This document shows positions 29,329-36,529 of a stretch of 64,000 nt of DNA, in pieces. The DNA comes from an uncultured Candidatus Binatia bacterium. GTDB lineage: Bacteria > Desulfobacterota > Binatia > Bin18. The DNA lies in NCBI GenBank assembly GCA_965200965.1, contig OZ241744.1, positions 2,720,001 to 2,784,000 of the forward strand. Direction: 5' to 3'. Positions within the stretch are counted from its first letter, which is position 1, and every line of letters begins with the position of its first letter. The translations under genes were made by a program, and so were the position numbers. The notes under the pieces are model-generated. The model was given only the letters and a program-made list of their open reading frames with translations, was not told where the DNA came from and ran no database searches.

Positions 29329-30360
29329 TCAGCGGACGACGCGGGCGGCCAGGCTGCGGGCTACGATCAGCCCAAGGACGACACCGCCAATGCCGTAGCG
29401 TAGCAGGCTGGTGCCCGAGTCGGTAGAGAACAGGATTTCGACCGCCTCCGGGTTGGTGAGATGCTGAAAGGCCAGTACCGCGACCGGAATCGCGGCGATA
29501 ATCATCAGGGTCAGCCGGGTCTGGGCGGTGGCGCTCTGGGCCTTGAGGGTGGTTTCACGGCGGGCGCGCAGGGTGGCCGACAGATTGCCGAGCGTGCCCG
29601 AGATCGCCCCGCCGGTCGTCCGTTGCAGGCACACCGCGGAGGCAAACAGGGTAAACTCGGAGATGCGCACCCGGGCCGCAGTGCCACGGATGACGGTCTC
29701 TGGGTCAAGGCCAGCGTCTGTGCCTTCCTTGATTGAGCCCAACACCTTGCTGACCGGCGGCTGGACCTCATCGGCTACCGCGGCGATGGCTTCTGTTGAG
29801 GGCAGGCCGGCCCGCATCAGGCGCACCACATGGTCTACGGCCTCGGGGAAGAGCCGCAGAAACTCGGCCCGCCGGCGGGAGTCCTGGAGGGCCAACACGG
29901 CATAGCTGGCCGCCAGCCAGCTGAGCAGGGCCAGCGCCACGCCCGAGGCCAGTCCAAAGCGGGTGAAGAGTGCCACGATACAGACCACGAGGCCGGCCAG
30001 TCCGGCCAGGCCGAGCGCTTTGGGCAGGGCTTTGTCGGCCTCCAGCATGGAGAACTTGTGCTCAATCCGGTCCAGCAGCCAGGAGTTGGCCCGCTGCTGG
30101 CGGAAGACGCTGATCTCGACCGGGGCCTCACCGTCGGCTTGGGCCTCACCGCTCAGCGGGGCGGCCACCCGCCGCAGCCGGCGGTCAAGGGCTTTGCGCT
30201 CATTGCGGCTATCGAGCCACAGGATGACGCCGAGGGCGACGACGAGCAGGGCGGTCAGCCCGCTGATCAGCGCCAGCATCAGGCTGCCGGCCATCGCCAG
30301 GACGACCACGAGCGGGATCAGCACGCCCACCACACAGGCGACAAGCACCACCGGGGTCAT
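29329..30360 (-). CDS. tadB: Tad pilus inner-membrane platform TadB
   Basis: FPEAVD..VR..RAG, QRTTGG; ATGA overlap with ATPase stop. Confidence 0.85.
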   Translation of the reverse strand: MTPVVLVACVVGVLIPLVVVLAMAGSLMLALISGLTALLVVALGVILWLDSRNERKALDRRLRRVAAPLSGEAQADGEAPVEISVFRQQRANSWLLDRIEHKFSMLEADKALPKALGLAGLAGLVVCIVALFTRFGLASGVALALLSWLAASYAVLALQDSRRRAEFLRLFPEAVDHVVRLMRAGLPSTEAIAAVADEVQPPVSKVLGSIKEGTDAGLDPETVIRGTAARVRISEFTLFASAVCLQRTTGGAISGTLGNLSATLRARRETTLKAQSATAQTRLTLMIIAAIPVAVLAFQHLTNPEAVEILFSTDSGTSLLRYGIGGVVLGLIVARSLAARVVR

Positions 30361-31772
30361 GCCGCAACCTCCACCTTGGCTCCGCTCTCCTGGAGCACTT
30401 CCATCAGTTCGGCCCGCAGGCCGGCGGCCTCCACCGCTTCCATCCACGAGGGCTGACGGCCCGCGCCCTCAAACACATGCGCCTCGCCCGGCCTCCGCCG
30501 CCACATCTCTTCGGTCGTGACGATCTCGCCTTCCAGCCCGGCCACATCGGTGATGCTGGTCACACAGCGGTGGCCGGAGCGCAGCCGGGCCATCTGGACG
30601 ATGATATCAAGGGCCGACACAATCTGTCGTCGGATGGCCATCAGCGGCATGTTGCTGGCGGTCATCATCAGCATATTCTCCAGCCGCATCAGCGCGTCAC
30701 GGGGGTTGTTGGCGTGGACGGTACACATGGAGCCGGGGTGGCCGGTGTTCATCGCCTGCAACATTTCGTTGGCTTCTTCGCCCCGGACTTCACCGACAAT
30801 GATCCGGTCGGGCCGCATCCGCAGGGCGTTAATCAGCAACTCCCGGATCGTGACCTCGCCCGTGCCCTCGGCGCTCATGGTGCGCGTTTCCAGCCGGACG
30901 ACATGCGGCTGCTGGAGTTGGAGTTCGGCCGAGTCTTCGATGGTCACGAGCCGATCGGTATGGCTGATCTCGCGCGACAGGGCGTTCATGAAGGTCGTCT
31001 TGCCGGCCCCGGTACCGCCGGCAATCAGGATGTTCAGCCGGGCTTTGACGCACAGCTGGAGCAGTGTAGCCATGACGGGGGTGAAGGTATGACGGGCGGC
31101 CATTTCTTCGAGGCCGATGCCCTTGACCACAAAGCGGCGGATGGAGATGGCCGCCCCGTCAAGGGCCAGCGGCGGAATAATGATATTGACCCGGCTGCCG
31201 TCGGGCAGGCGAGCATCCACCATCGGGCTGGCCTCGTCTACCCGTCGGCCAACCCAGCCGGCGATGCGCTGGGCAATGTTCAGCAGGTGTTGCTCGTCGC
31301 GGAAGCGGATGTCTACCGGCTCCAGCTTGCCCCGGCGTTCGACATAGACCGACTTGGTGCCGTTGACCAGGATGTCGGAGATATGCGGGTCATTGAACAG
31401 CGGCTCCAGCGGGCCAAGCCCCTTGATGTCGTCTACCAGCCGGCTGACGACCTTCTGGCGGTCAAGCGGGGTCAACTCCGCGGCAGGGGAGTCATCCTGA
31501 TCGAGAAAGGCCCGGAGTTGGACGGCGAGCGCGTCACGGTCCAGTTCAGCGGCCTTGGCCATATCGAGGTTCTGGACAATGACCGGGTGTAACTCCGCGG
31601 CCTTGTCGGCGATCAGGCTCGAGTCGGTTGAGGTGCGGACCGGGGCGATGGATTCGACCGGCTCGGCGACTGCCGGCGCGTCCCCGCGGTCCTGGACCGG
31701 CTCAGCGCTTTTGTGTTCCCGGGCCTGTTCCGAGGCCGTCTTGGGCCGGCGTCCAAAAAGGCTGCGTGCCAT
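30357..31772 (-). CDS. cpaF: Tad pilus assembly ATPase CpaF/TadA
   Basis: Walker [38 protein letters not shown]. Confidence 0.95.
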   Translation of the reverse strand: MARSLFGRRPKTASEQAREHKSAEPVQDRGDAPAVAEPVESIAPVRTSTDSSLIADKAAELHPVIVQNLDMAKAAELDRDALAVQLRAFLDQDDSPAAELTPLDRQKVVSRLVDDIKGLGPLEPLFNDPHISDILVNGTKSVYVERRGKLEPVDIRFRDEQHLLNIAQRIAGWVGRRVDEASPMVDARLPDGSRVNIIIPPLALDGAAISIRRFVVKGIGLEEMAARHTFTPVMATLLQLCVKARLNILIAGGTGAGKTTFMNALSREISHTDRLVTIEDSAELQLQQPHVVRLETRTMSAEGTGEVTIRELLINALRMRPDRIIVGEVRGEEANEMLQAMNTGHPGSMCTVHANNPRDALMRLENMLMMTASNMPLMAIRRQIVSALDIIVQMARLRSGHRCVTSITDVAGLEGEIVTTEEMWRRRPGEAHVFEGAGRQPSWMEAVEAAGLRAELMEVLQESGAKVEVAA

Positions 31773-31799
31773 TGTCTCTCCTTGCTGAGTGGTTCAATT

Positions 31800-31837
31800 C
31801 CCTCCCCCCGTGAGGGGGAGGGCTGGGGAGGGGGGTC
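31800..31837. repeat. REP-like palindromic element
   Basis: ccctccccc-cgtga-gggggaggg hairpin plus ctggggaggggg tail; related copies inside the secretin gene. Confidence 0.6.
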
Positions 31838-31846
31838 TTCAAACAC

Positions 31847-32986
31847 TCATCCCTCATCCCTCTCTTGCGCCAGCGACACCGCCTGGCGCGTCAGACTGCT
31901 GACAAACTGCTCAAGGGCCGCGCGATACTTCTTGCTCAGGTTGCGCTCTGGCCAGCCGTGATTGGTCGCCGCCGGCAGGGCCGGTTCAAACGGAATCGTC
32001 ACATCGGGGTTGCGGCCGGCCAGGGCGTAGCGGATTTCGTCGCCGGCCAGAGCGCTTTTCCTGGCCCGGGTGTGGCTCTCGACCAGGATGACTGAGCGGT
32101 CCTTGCCCAGCAGGGCCAGGCGGTGGACGGCCCGGTTGAGGCTGACCAGGGTCGGTTCATAGACCAGGACCCGCTCGTCGGCGTGCTCAAAGAGCGAGAC
32201 CAGGGTATCGGTATCGGTCATGCCGTCTACAATAACGAGGTGCGAGCGGTTGGCAAGCTGTTCGGTCAGCCATTGGACTGCCCCCGCGGCCGGCTGCGGG
32301 GGCAGGCTGTCGCCGGCCCGGTAGCCGTAGACCGAGATGCGGGGCGAGGCCGCGGTCCGCACGCCGTCAATCAGGTCGGGGTTCGGCTCGGCGCTGGCGG
32401 CGTTGTCAAGCACTTCTTCGAGACCCCGGGCCGGCTCAACATCGAGCATCAGCGGCAGCGCCCCGGAGGTCCGCTCCAGGTCAAGCGCCGACACATAGCT
32501 GCCCTGGCTGGCCGCGGTCCGGGTCGTCACCGCGGCCAGGGTGGTGGCCCCGCTGCCGCCGCATCCGGCAAAGGCGATGACCCGTCCGGCGTACAAGCGG
32601 GTCGGGCCGTCGTCGCTTTTGAGGGCGGTTGTCATCGCGTCGTGAATATCGCTGACCGTGACCGGCTTGGGCAGGTAGTCGCTGACCCCGTAGGCCAGCA
32701 GTTCGCGGGTGAAGCGGGCCGTGTCGTTGGAGCTGATAGCCACTACCAGGGTACCCAGTTCCACCACGCCGGCCAGTTCGTGGATACGCCCGGCCGGAAA
32801 CTCGCTGCCGTCGAGATCAACAAAGATCAAGCGGGGTGAAACCGAGTTGGCCAGGGTCTTGATGGCCGTAACAATATCGCCGCGCTGCACCTGTGCGCCG
32901 CGGCCGGCCAGGGCCTCGTTCAGCACCTTTTCGGTGGCCGGGTCTCCGGCAAAGGCGCGGATTTCGTTGTTGTCGGGTGCTTCCAT
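31847..32986 (-). CDS. cpaE: CpaE/TadZ-like pilus localisation protein (receiver-like + MinD-like)
   Basis: Receiver-like N-terminus (GVSDYLPKP); degenerate Walker A GGSGATT; position before cpaF. Confidence 0.8.
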   Translation of the reverse strand: MEAPDNNEIRAFAGDPATEKVLNEALAGRGAQVQRGDIVTAIKTLANSVSPRLIFVDLDGSEFPAGRIHELAGVVELGTLVVAISSNDTARFTRELLAYGVSDYLPKPVTVSDIHDAMTTALKSDDGPTRLYAGRVIAFAGCGGSGATTLAAVTTRTAASQGSYVSALDLERTSGALPLMLDVEPARGLEEVLDNAASAEPNPDLIDGVRTAASPRISVYGYRAGDSLPPQPAAGAVQWLTEQLANRSHLVIVDGMTDTDTLVSLFEHADERVLVYEPTLVSLNRAVHRLALLGKDRSVILVESHTRARKSALAGDEIRYALAGRNPDVTIPFEPALPAATNHGWPERNLSKKYRAALEQFVSSLTRQAVSLAQERDEG

Positions 32987-33014
32987 ATCAGGATTCGCCG
33001 GCTGCCGGGCTTAT

Positions 33015-33368
33015 TCAGGATGACTGGCCGGTGCGCTCAATCAGAGCGCGCAGAGCGGTCATGGTTTCATCGTGTCGTCTTGTGTCCTCCTCGTGCTGTC
33101 GTTGCAGAGCGGTCATGGTTTCATCGTGTCGTCTTGTGTCCTCGTGGTGCTGCTTGTCCATGGCGGTCATGGTGGCTTCATGTTGCTTGTCCATGGCGGT
33201 CATGGTTTCGTGATGCTGCTTGTCACGGTGGTCGGCAGAGCGGCGCATGAGTTGGAGACCCCCGGCCAGGATGAGGGTCTGGCTGAGGCTGATGAGCAGG
33301 GCGGAGATGTCCACCCAAGTGGGCTGGCTGAGGCGGTCAATGGCTTCGATGATGCCCTGGTATTCCAT
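33015..33368 (-). CDS. Array copy 8: TM + His/Met-rich coiled-coil protein (117 aa)
   Basis: MEYQGII...; modules 11,11,7,11,7; ends LIERTGQSS. Confidence 0.75.
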   Translation of the reverse strand: MEYQGIIEAIDRLSQPTWVDISALLISLSQTLILAGGLQLMRRSADHRDKQHHETMTAMDKQHEATMTAMDKQHHEDTRRHDETMTALQRQHEEDTRRHDETMTALRALIERTGQSS

Positions 33369-33405
33369 AGGCTGGTGCTCCCTTGCAAGCGGCAAGCTGC
33401 CGGGC

Positions 33406-33741
33406 TTAGTGAGGGGACTGGCCGGTGCGCTCAATCAGGGCGCGCAAGGCGGTCATGGTTTCGTGGTGTCGCCTTGTGTCCTCCTCGTGCTGTCGTTCCA
33501 TCGCGGTCATGGTGGCTTCGTGCTGTCGTTCCATGGCGGTCATGGTGGCTTCATGTTGCTTGTCCATGGCGGTCATGGTTTCGTGATGCTGCTTGTCACG
33601 GTGGTCGGCAGAGCGGCGCATGAGTTGGAGACCCCAGGCCAGGATGAGGGTCTGGCTGAGGCTGATGAGCAGGGCGGAGATATCCACCCAAGTGGGCTGG
33701 CTGAGGCGGTCAATGGCTTCGATGATGCCCTGGTATTCCAC
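33406..33741 (-). CDS. Array copy 7 (111 aa)
   Basis: GTG start; modules 11,11,11,7; ILAWGL variant. Confidence 0.75.
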   Translation of the reverse strand: MEYQGIIEAIDRLSQPTWVDISALLISLSQTLILAWGLQLMRRSADHRDKQHHETMTAMDKQHEATMTAMERQHEATMTAMERQHEEDTRRHHETMTALRALIERTGQSPH

Positions 33742-33778
33742 AGGCTGGTGCTCCCTTGCAAGCGGCAAGTTGCCGGGC

Positions 33779-34147
33779 TTAGTGAGGGGACTGGCCGGTG
33801 CGCTCGATCAGGGCGCGCAAGGCGGTCATGGTTTGGTCATGGCGTCTTGTGGCCTCTTCGTGCTGCTTGTCCATCGCGGTCATGGCCTCTTCGTGCTGCT
33901 TGTCCATCGCGGTCATGGCCTCTTCGTGCTGCTTGTCCATCGCGGTCATGGTGGCTTCGTGCTGTCGTTCCATCACGGTCATGGTGGCTTCGTGCTGCTT
34001 GTCGCGGTGGTCGGCAGAGCGGCGCATGAGTTGGAGACCCCCGGCCAGGATGAGGGTCTGGCTGAGGCTGATGAGCAGGGCGGAGATGTCCACCCAAGTG
34101 GGCTGGCTGAGGCGGTCAATGGCTTCGATGATGCCCTGGTATTCCAT
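33779..34147 (-). CDS. Array copy 6 (122 aa)
   Basis: ATG start; modules 11,11,11,11,7. Confidence 0.75.
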   Translation of the reverse strand: MEYQGIIEAIDRLSQPTWVDISALLISLSQTLILAGGLQLMRRSADHRDKQHEATMTVMERQHEATMTAMDKQHEEAMTAMDKQHEEAMTAMDKQHEEATRRHDQTMTALRALIERTGQSPH

Positions 34148-34184
34148 AGGCTGGTGCTCCCTTGCAAGCGGCAAGCTGCCGGGC

Positions 34185-34562
34185 TTAGTGAGGGGACTGG
34201 CCGGTGCGCTCAATCAGGGCGCGCAAGGCGGTCATGGTTTCGTGGTGTCGCCTTGTGTCCTCCTCGTGCTGTCGTTCCATCGCGGTCATGGTTTGGTCAT
34301 GGCGTCTTGTATCCTCCTCGTGCTGTCGTTCCATCGCGGTCATGGTTTCATCGTGTCGTCTTGTGGCCTCGTGGTGCTGCTTGTCCATCGCGGTCATGGT
34401 TTCGTGATGCTGCTTGTCGCGGTGGTCGGCAGAGCGGCGCATGAGTTGGAGGCCCCCGGCCAGGATGAGGGTCTGGCTGAGGCTGATGAGCAGGGCGGAG
34501 ATATCCACCCAAGTGGGCTGGCTGAGGCGGTCAATGGCTTCGATGATGCCCTGGTATTCCAC
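34185..34562 (-). CDS. Array copy 5 (125 aa)
   Basis: GTG start; modules 11,7,11,7,11,7. Confidence 0.75.
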   Translation of the reverse strand: MEYQGIIEAIDRLSQPTWVDISALLISLSQTLILAGGLQLMRRSADHRDKQHHETMTAMDKQHHEATRRHDETMTAMERQHEEDTRRHDQTMTAMERQHEEDTRRHHETMTALRALIERTGQSPH

Positions 34563-34600
34563 AGGCTGGTGCTCCCTTGGCAAGCGGCAAGTTGCCGGGC

Positions 34601-34969
34601 TTAGTGAGGGGACTGGCCGGTGCGCTCGATCAGGGCGCGCAGGGCGGTCATGGTTTGGTCATGGCGTCTTGTGGCCTCTTCGTGCTGCTTGTCCATCGCG
34701 GTCATGGCCTCTTCGTGCTGCTTGTCCATCGCGGTCATGGTGGCTTCGTGCTGTCGTTCCATCACGGTCATGGTGGCTTCGTGCTGTCGTTCCATCACGG
34801 TCATGGTGGCTTCGTGCTGCTTGTCGCGGTGGTCGGCAGAGCGGCGCATGAGTTGGAGACCCCCGGCCAGGATGAGGGTCTGGCTGAGGCTGATGAGCAG
34901 GGCGGAGATGTCCACCCAAGTGGGCTGGCTGAGGCGGTCAATGGCTTCGATGATGCCCTGGTATTCCAT
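34601..34969 (-). CDS. Array copy 4 (122 aa)
   Basis: ATG start; modules 11,11,11,11,7. Confidence 0.75.
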   Translation of the reverse strand: MEYQGIIEAIDRLSQPTWVDISALLISLSQTLILAGGLQLMRRSADHRDKQHEATMTVMERQHEATMTVMERQHEATMTAMDKQHEEAMTAMDKQHEEATRRHDQTMTALRALIERTGQSPH

Positions 34970-35006
34970 AGGCTGGTGCTCCCTTGCAAGCGGCAAGCTG
35001 CCGGGC

Positions 35007-35330
35007 TTAGTGAGGGGACTGGCCGGTGCGCTCAATCAGGGCGCGCAAGGCGGTCATGGTTTCGTGGTGTCGCCTTGTGTCCTCCTCGTGCTGTCGTTCC
35101 ATCGCGGTCATGGTTTGGTCATGGCGTCTTGTGTCCTCCTCGTGCTGTCGTTCCATCACGGTCATGGTGGCTTCGTGCTGCTTGTCGCGGTGGTCGGCAG
35201 AGCGGCGCATGAGTTGGAGGCCCCAGGCCAGGATGAGGGTCTGGCTGAGGCTGATGAGCAGGGCGGAGATATCCACCCAAGTGGGCTGGCTGAGGCGGTC
35301 AATGGCTTCGATGATGCCCTGGTATTCCAT
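35007..35330 (-). CDS. Array copy 3 (107 aa)
   Basis: ATG start; modules 11,7,11,7; ILAWGL variant. Confidence 0.75.
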   Translation of the reverse strand: MEYQGIIEAIDRLSQPTWVDISALLISLSQTLILAWGLQLMRRSADHRDKQHEATMTVMERQHEEDTRRHDQTMTAMERQHEEDTRRHHETMTALRALIERTGQSPH

Positions 35331-35368
35331 AGGCTGGTGCTCCCTTGGCAAGCGGCAAGTTGGCGGGC

Positions 35369-35779
35369 TTAGTGAGGGGACTGGCCGGTGCGCTCAATCA
35401 GAGCGCGCAGAGCGGTCATGGTTTCATCGTGTCGCCTTGTGTCCTCTTCGTGCTGTCGTTCCATCGCGGTCATGGTTTCGTGGTGTCGTCTTGTGTCCTC
35501 TTCGTGCTGTCGTTGCATCGCGGTCATGGTTTCATCGTGTCGTCTTGTGTCCTCGTGGTGTTGCTTGTCCATGGCGGTCATGGTGGCTTCATGTTGCTTG
35601 TCCATGGCGGTCATGGTTTCGTGATGCTGCTTGTCGCGGTGGTCGGCAGAGCGGCGCATGAGTTGGAGGCCCCCGGCCAGGATGAGGGTCTGGCTGAGGC
35701 TGATGAGCAGGGCGGAGATGTCCACCCAAGTGGGCTGGCTGAGGCGGTCAATGGCTTCGATGATGCCCTGGTATTCCAT
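35369..35779 (-). CDS. Array copy 2 (136 aa)
   Basis: ATG start; modules 11,11,7,11,7,11,7. Confidence 0.75.
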   Translation of the reverse strand: MEYQGIIEAIDRLSQPTWVDISALLISLSQTLILAGGLQLMRRSADHRDKQHHETMTAMDKQHEATMTAMDKQHHEDTRRHDETMTAMQRQHEEDTRRHHETMTAMERQHEEDTRRHDETMTALRALIERTGQSPH

Positions 35780-35817
35780 AGGCTGGTGCTCCCTTGGCAA
35801 GCGGCAAGCTGCCGGGC

Positions 35818-36153
35818 TTAGTGAGGGGACTGGCCGGTGCGCTCAATCAGGGCGCGCAAGGCGGTCATGGTTTCGTGGTGTCGCCTTGTATCCTCCTCGT
35901 GCTGTCGTTCCATGGCGGTCATGGTGGCTTCATGTTGCTTGTCCATGGCGGTCATGGTGGCTTCGTGCTGTTTGTCCATGGCGGTCATGGTTTCGTGATG
36001 CTGCTTGTCGCGGTGGTCGGCAGAGCGGCGCATGAGTTGGAGGCCCCCGGCCAGGATGAGGGTCTGGCTGAGGCTGATGAGCAGGGCGGAGATGTCCACC
36101 CAAGTGGGCTGGCTGAGGCGGTCAATGGCTTCGATGATGCCCTGGTATTCCAC
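35818..36153 (-). CDS. Array copy 1 (111 aa)
   Basis: GTG start, different upstream sequence without a clear RBS; modules 11,11,11,7. Confidence 0.7.
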   Translation of the reverse strand: MEYQGIIEAIDRLSQPTWVDISALLISLSQTLILAGGLQLMRRSADHRDKQHHETMTAMDKQHEATMTAMDKQHEATMTAMERQHEEDTRRHHETMTALRALIERTGQSPH

Positions 36154-36182
36154 AGGCGGTGATGTTTGTGTGGAGCGGCCGG

Positions 36183-36479
36183 CTACTCAGTGACGATGGT
36201 TGTGACAGCCGGCAGTTCCTTCACTTCGTCGTCGGACCAGCGGGTGTAGGCCCCGGAGGTTGAGCCGTGGGCGTCTCTGGGCCGCTGGCCGGCGGCCTTC
36301 ATGTTTGTGGTGTACACGGTATCGGCGGCGTCAAGCTGGGTGCGGGCTTCTTTGAGCCCGGCCAGGGCGGCGCGGGTTGATGGGAGGGCGGTGCGGTCTA
36401 CGGCCATCGGCAGCACGGCGCAGCCGGCAGCAGCGAGGCTCAGACACAGGGCCAGGGTTGTGGATGTCGTTTGTCTCAT
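36183..36479 (-). CDS. Small lipoprotein downstream of the secretin
   Basis: MRQTTSTTLALCLSLAAAGC lipobox; occupies the position where CpaD-like genes usually lie. Confidence 0.6.
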   Translation of the reverse strand: MRQTTSTTLALCLSLAAAGCAVLPMAVDRTALPSTRAALAGLKEARTQLDAADTVYTTNMKAAGQRPRDAHGSTSGAYTRWSDDEVKELPAVTTIVTE

Positions 36480-36529
36480 GGCGGCACGCTCCACTGCAAT
36501 GCCCACCATATCACAAAGCACCCGCCGGG

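Larger units (their letters stand above)
33015..36153 (-). repeat. Tandem array of 8 gene-sized units (361-449 bp period), each with internal 33-bp and 21-bp modules
   Basis: Near-identical 37-38 bp spacer with AGGGAG RBS and near-identical 153-bp 5' coding region repeated; module number and order vary. Confidence 0.95.

Noticed and set aside
33015-36153. Array as CRISPR
   Set aside because: Units are 361-449 bp ORFs, the variable parts are internal repeats rather than unique spacers, and there are no cas genes
33015-36153. Array as integron cassettes or DGR targets
   Set aside because: No RYYYAAC/GTTRRRY attC ends, integrase or reverse transcriptase in the window; variation is in module number, not adenine-specific
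33020-36193. Long plus-strand ORFs over the array
   Set aside because: Antisense shadows of repetitive GC-rich coding sequence; broken by spacer indels and lacking an RBS
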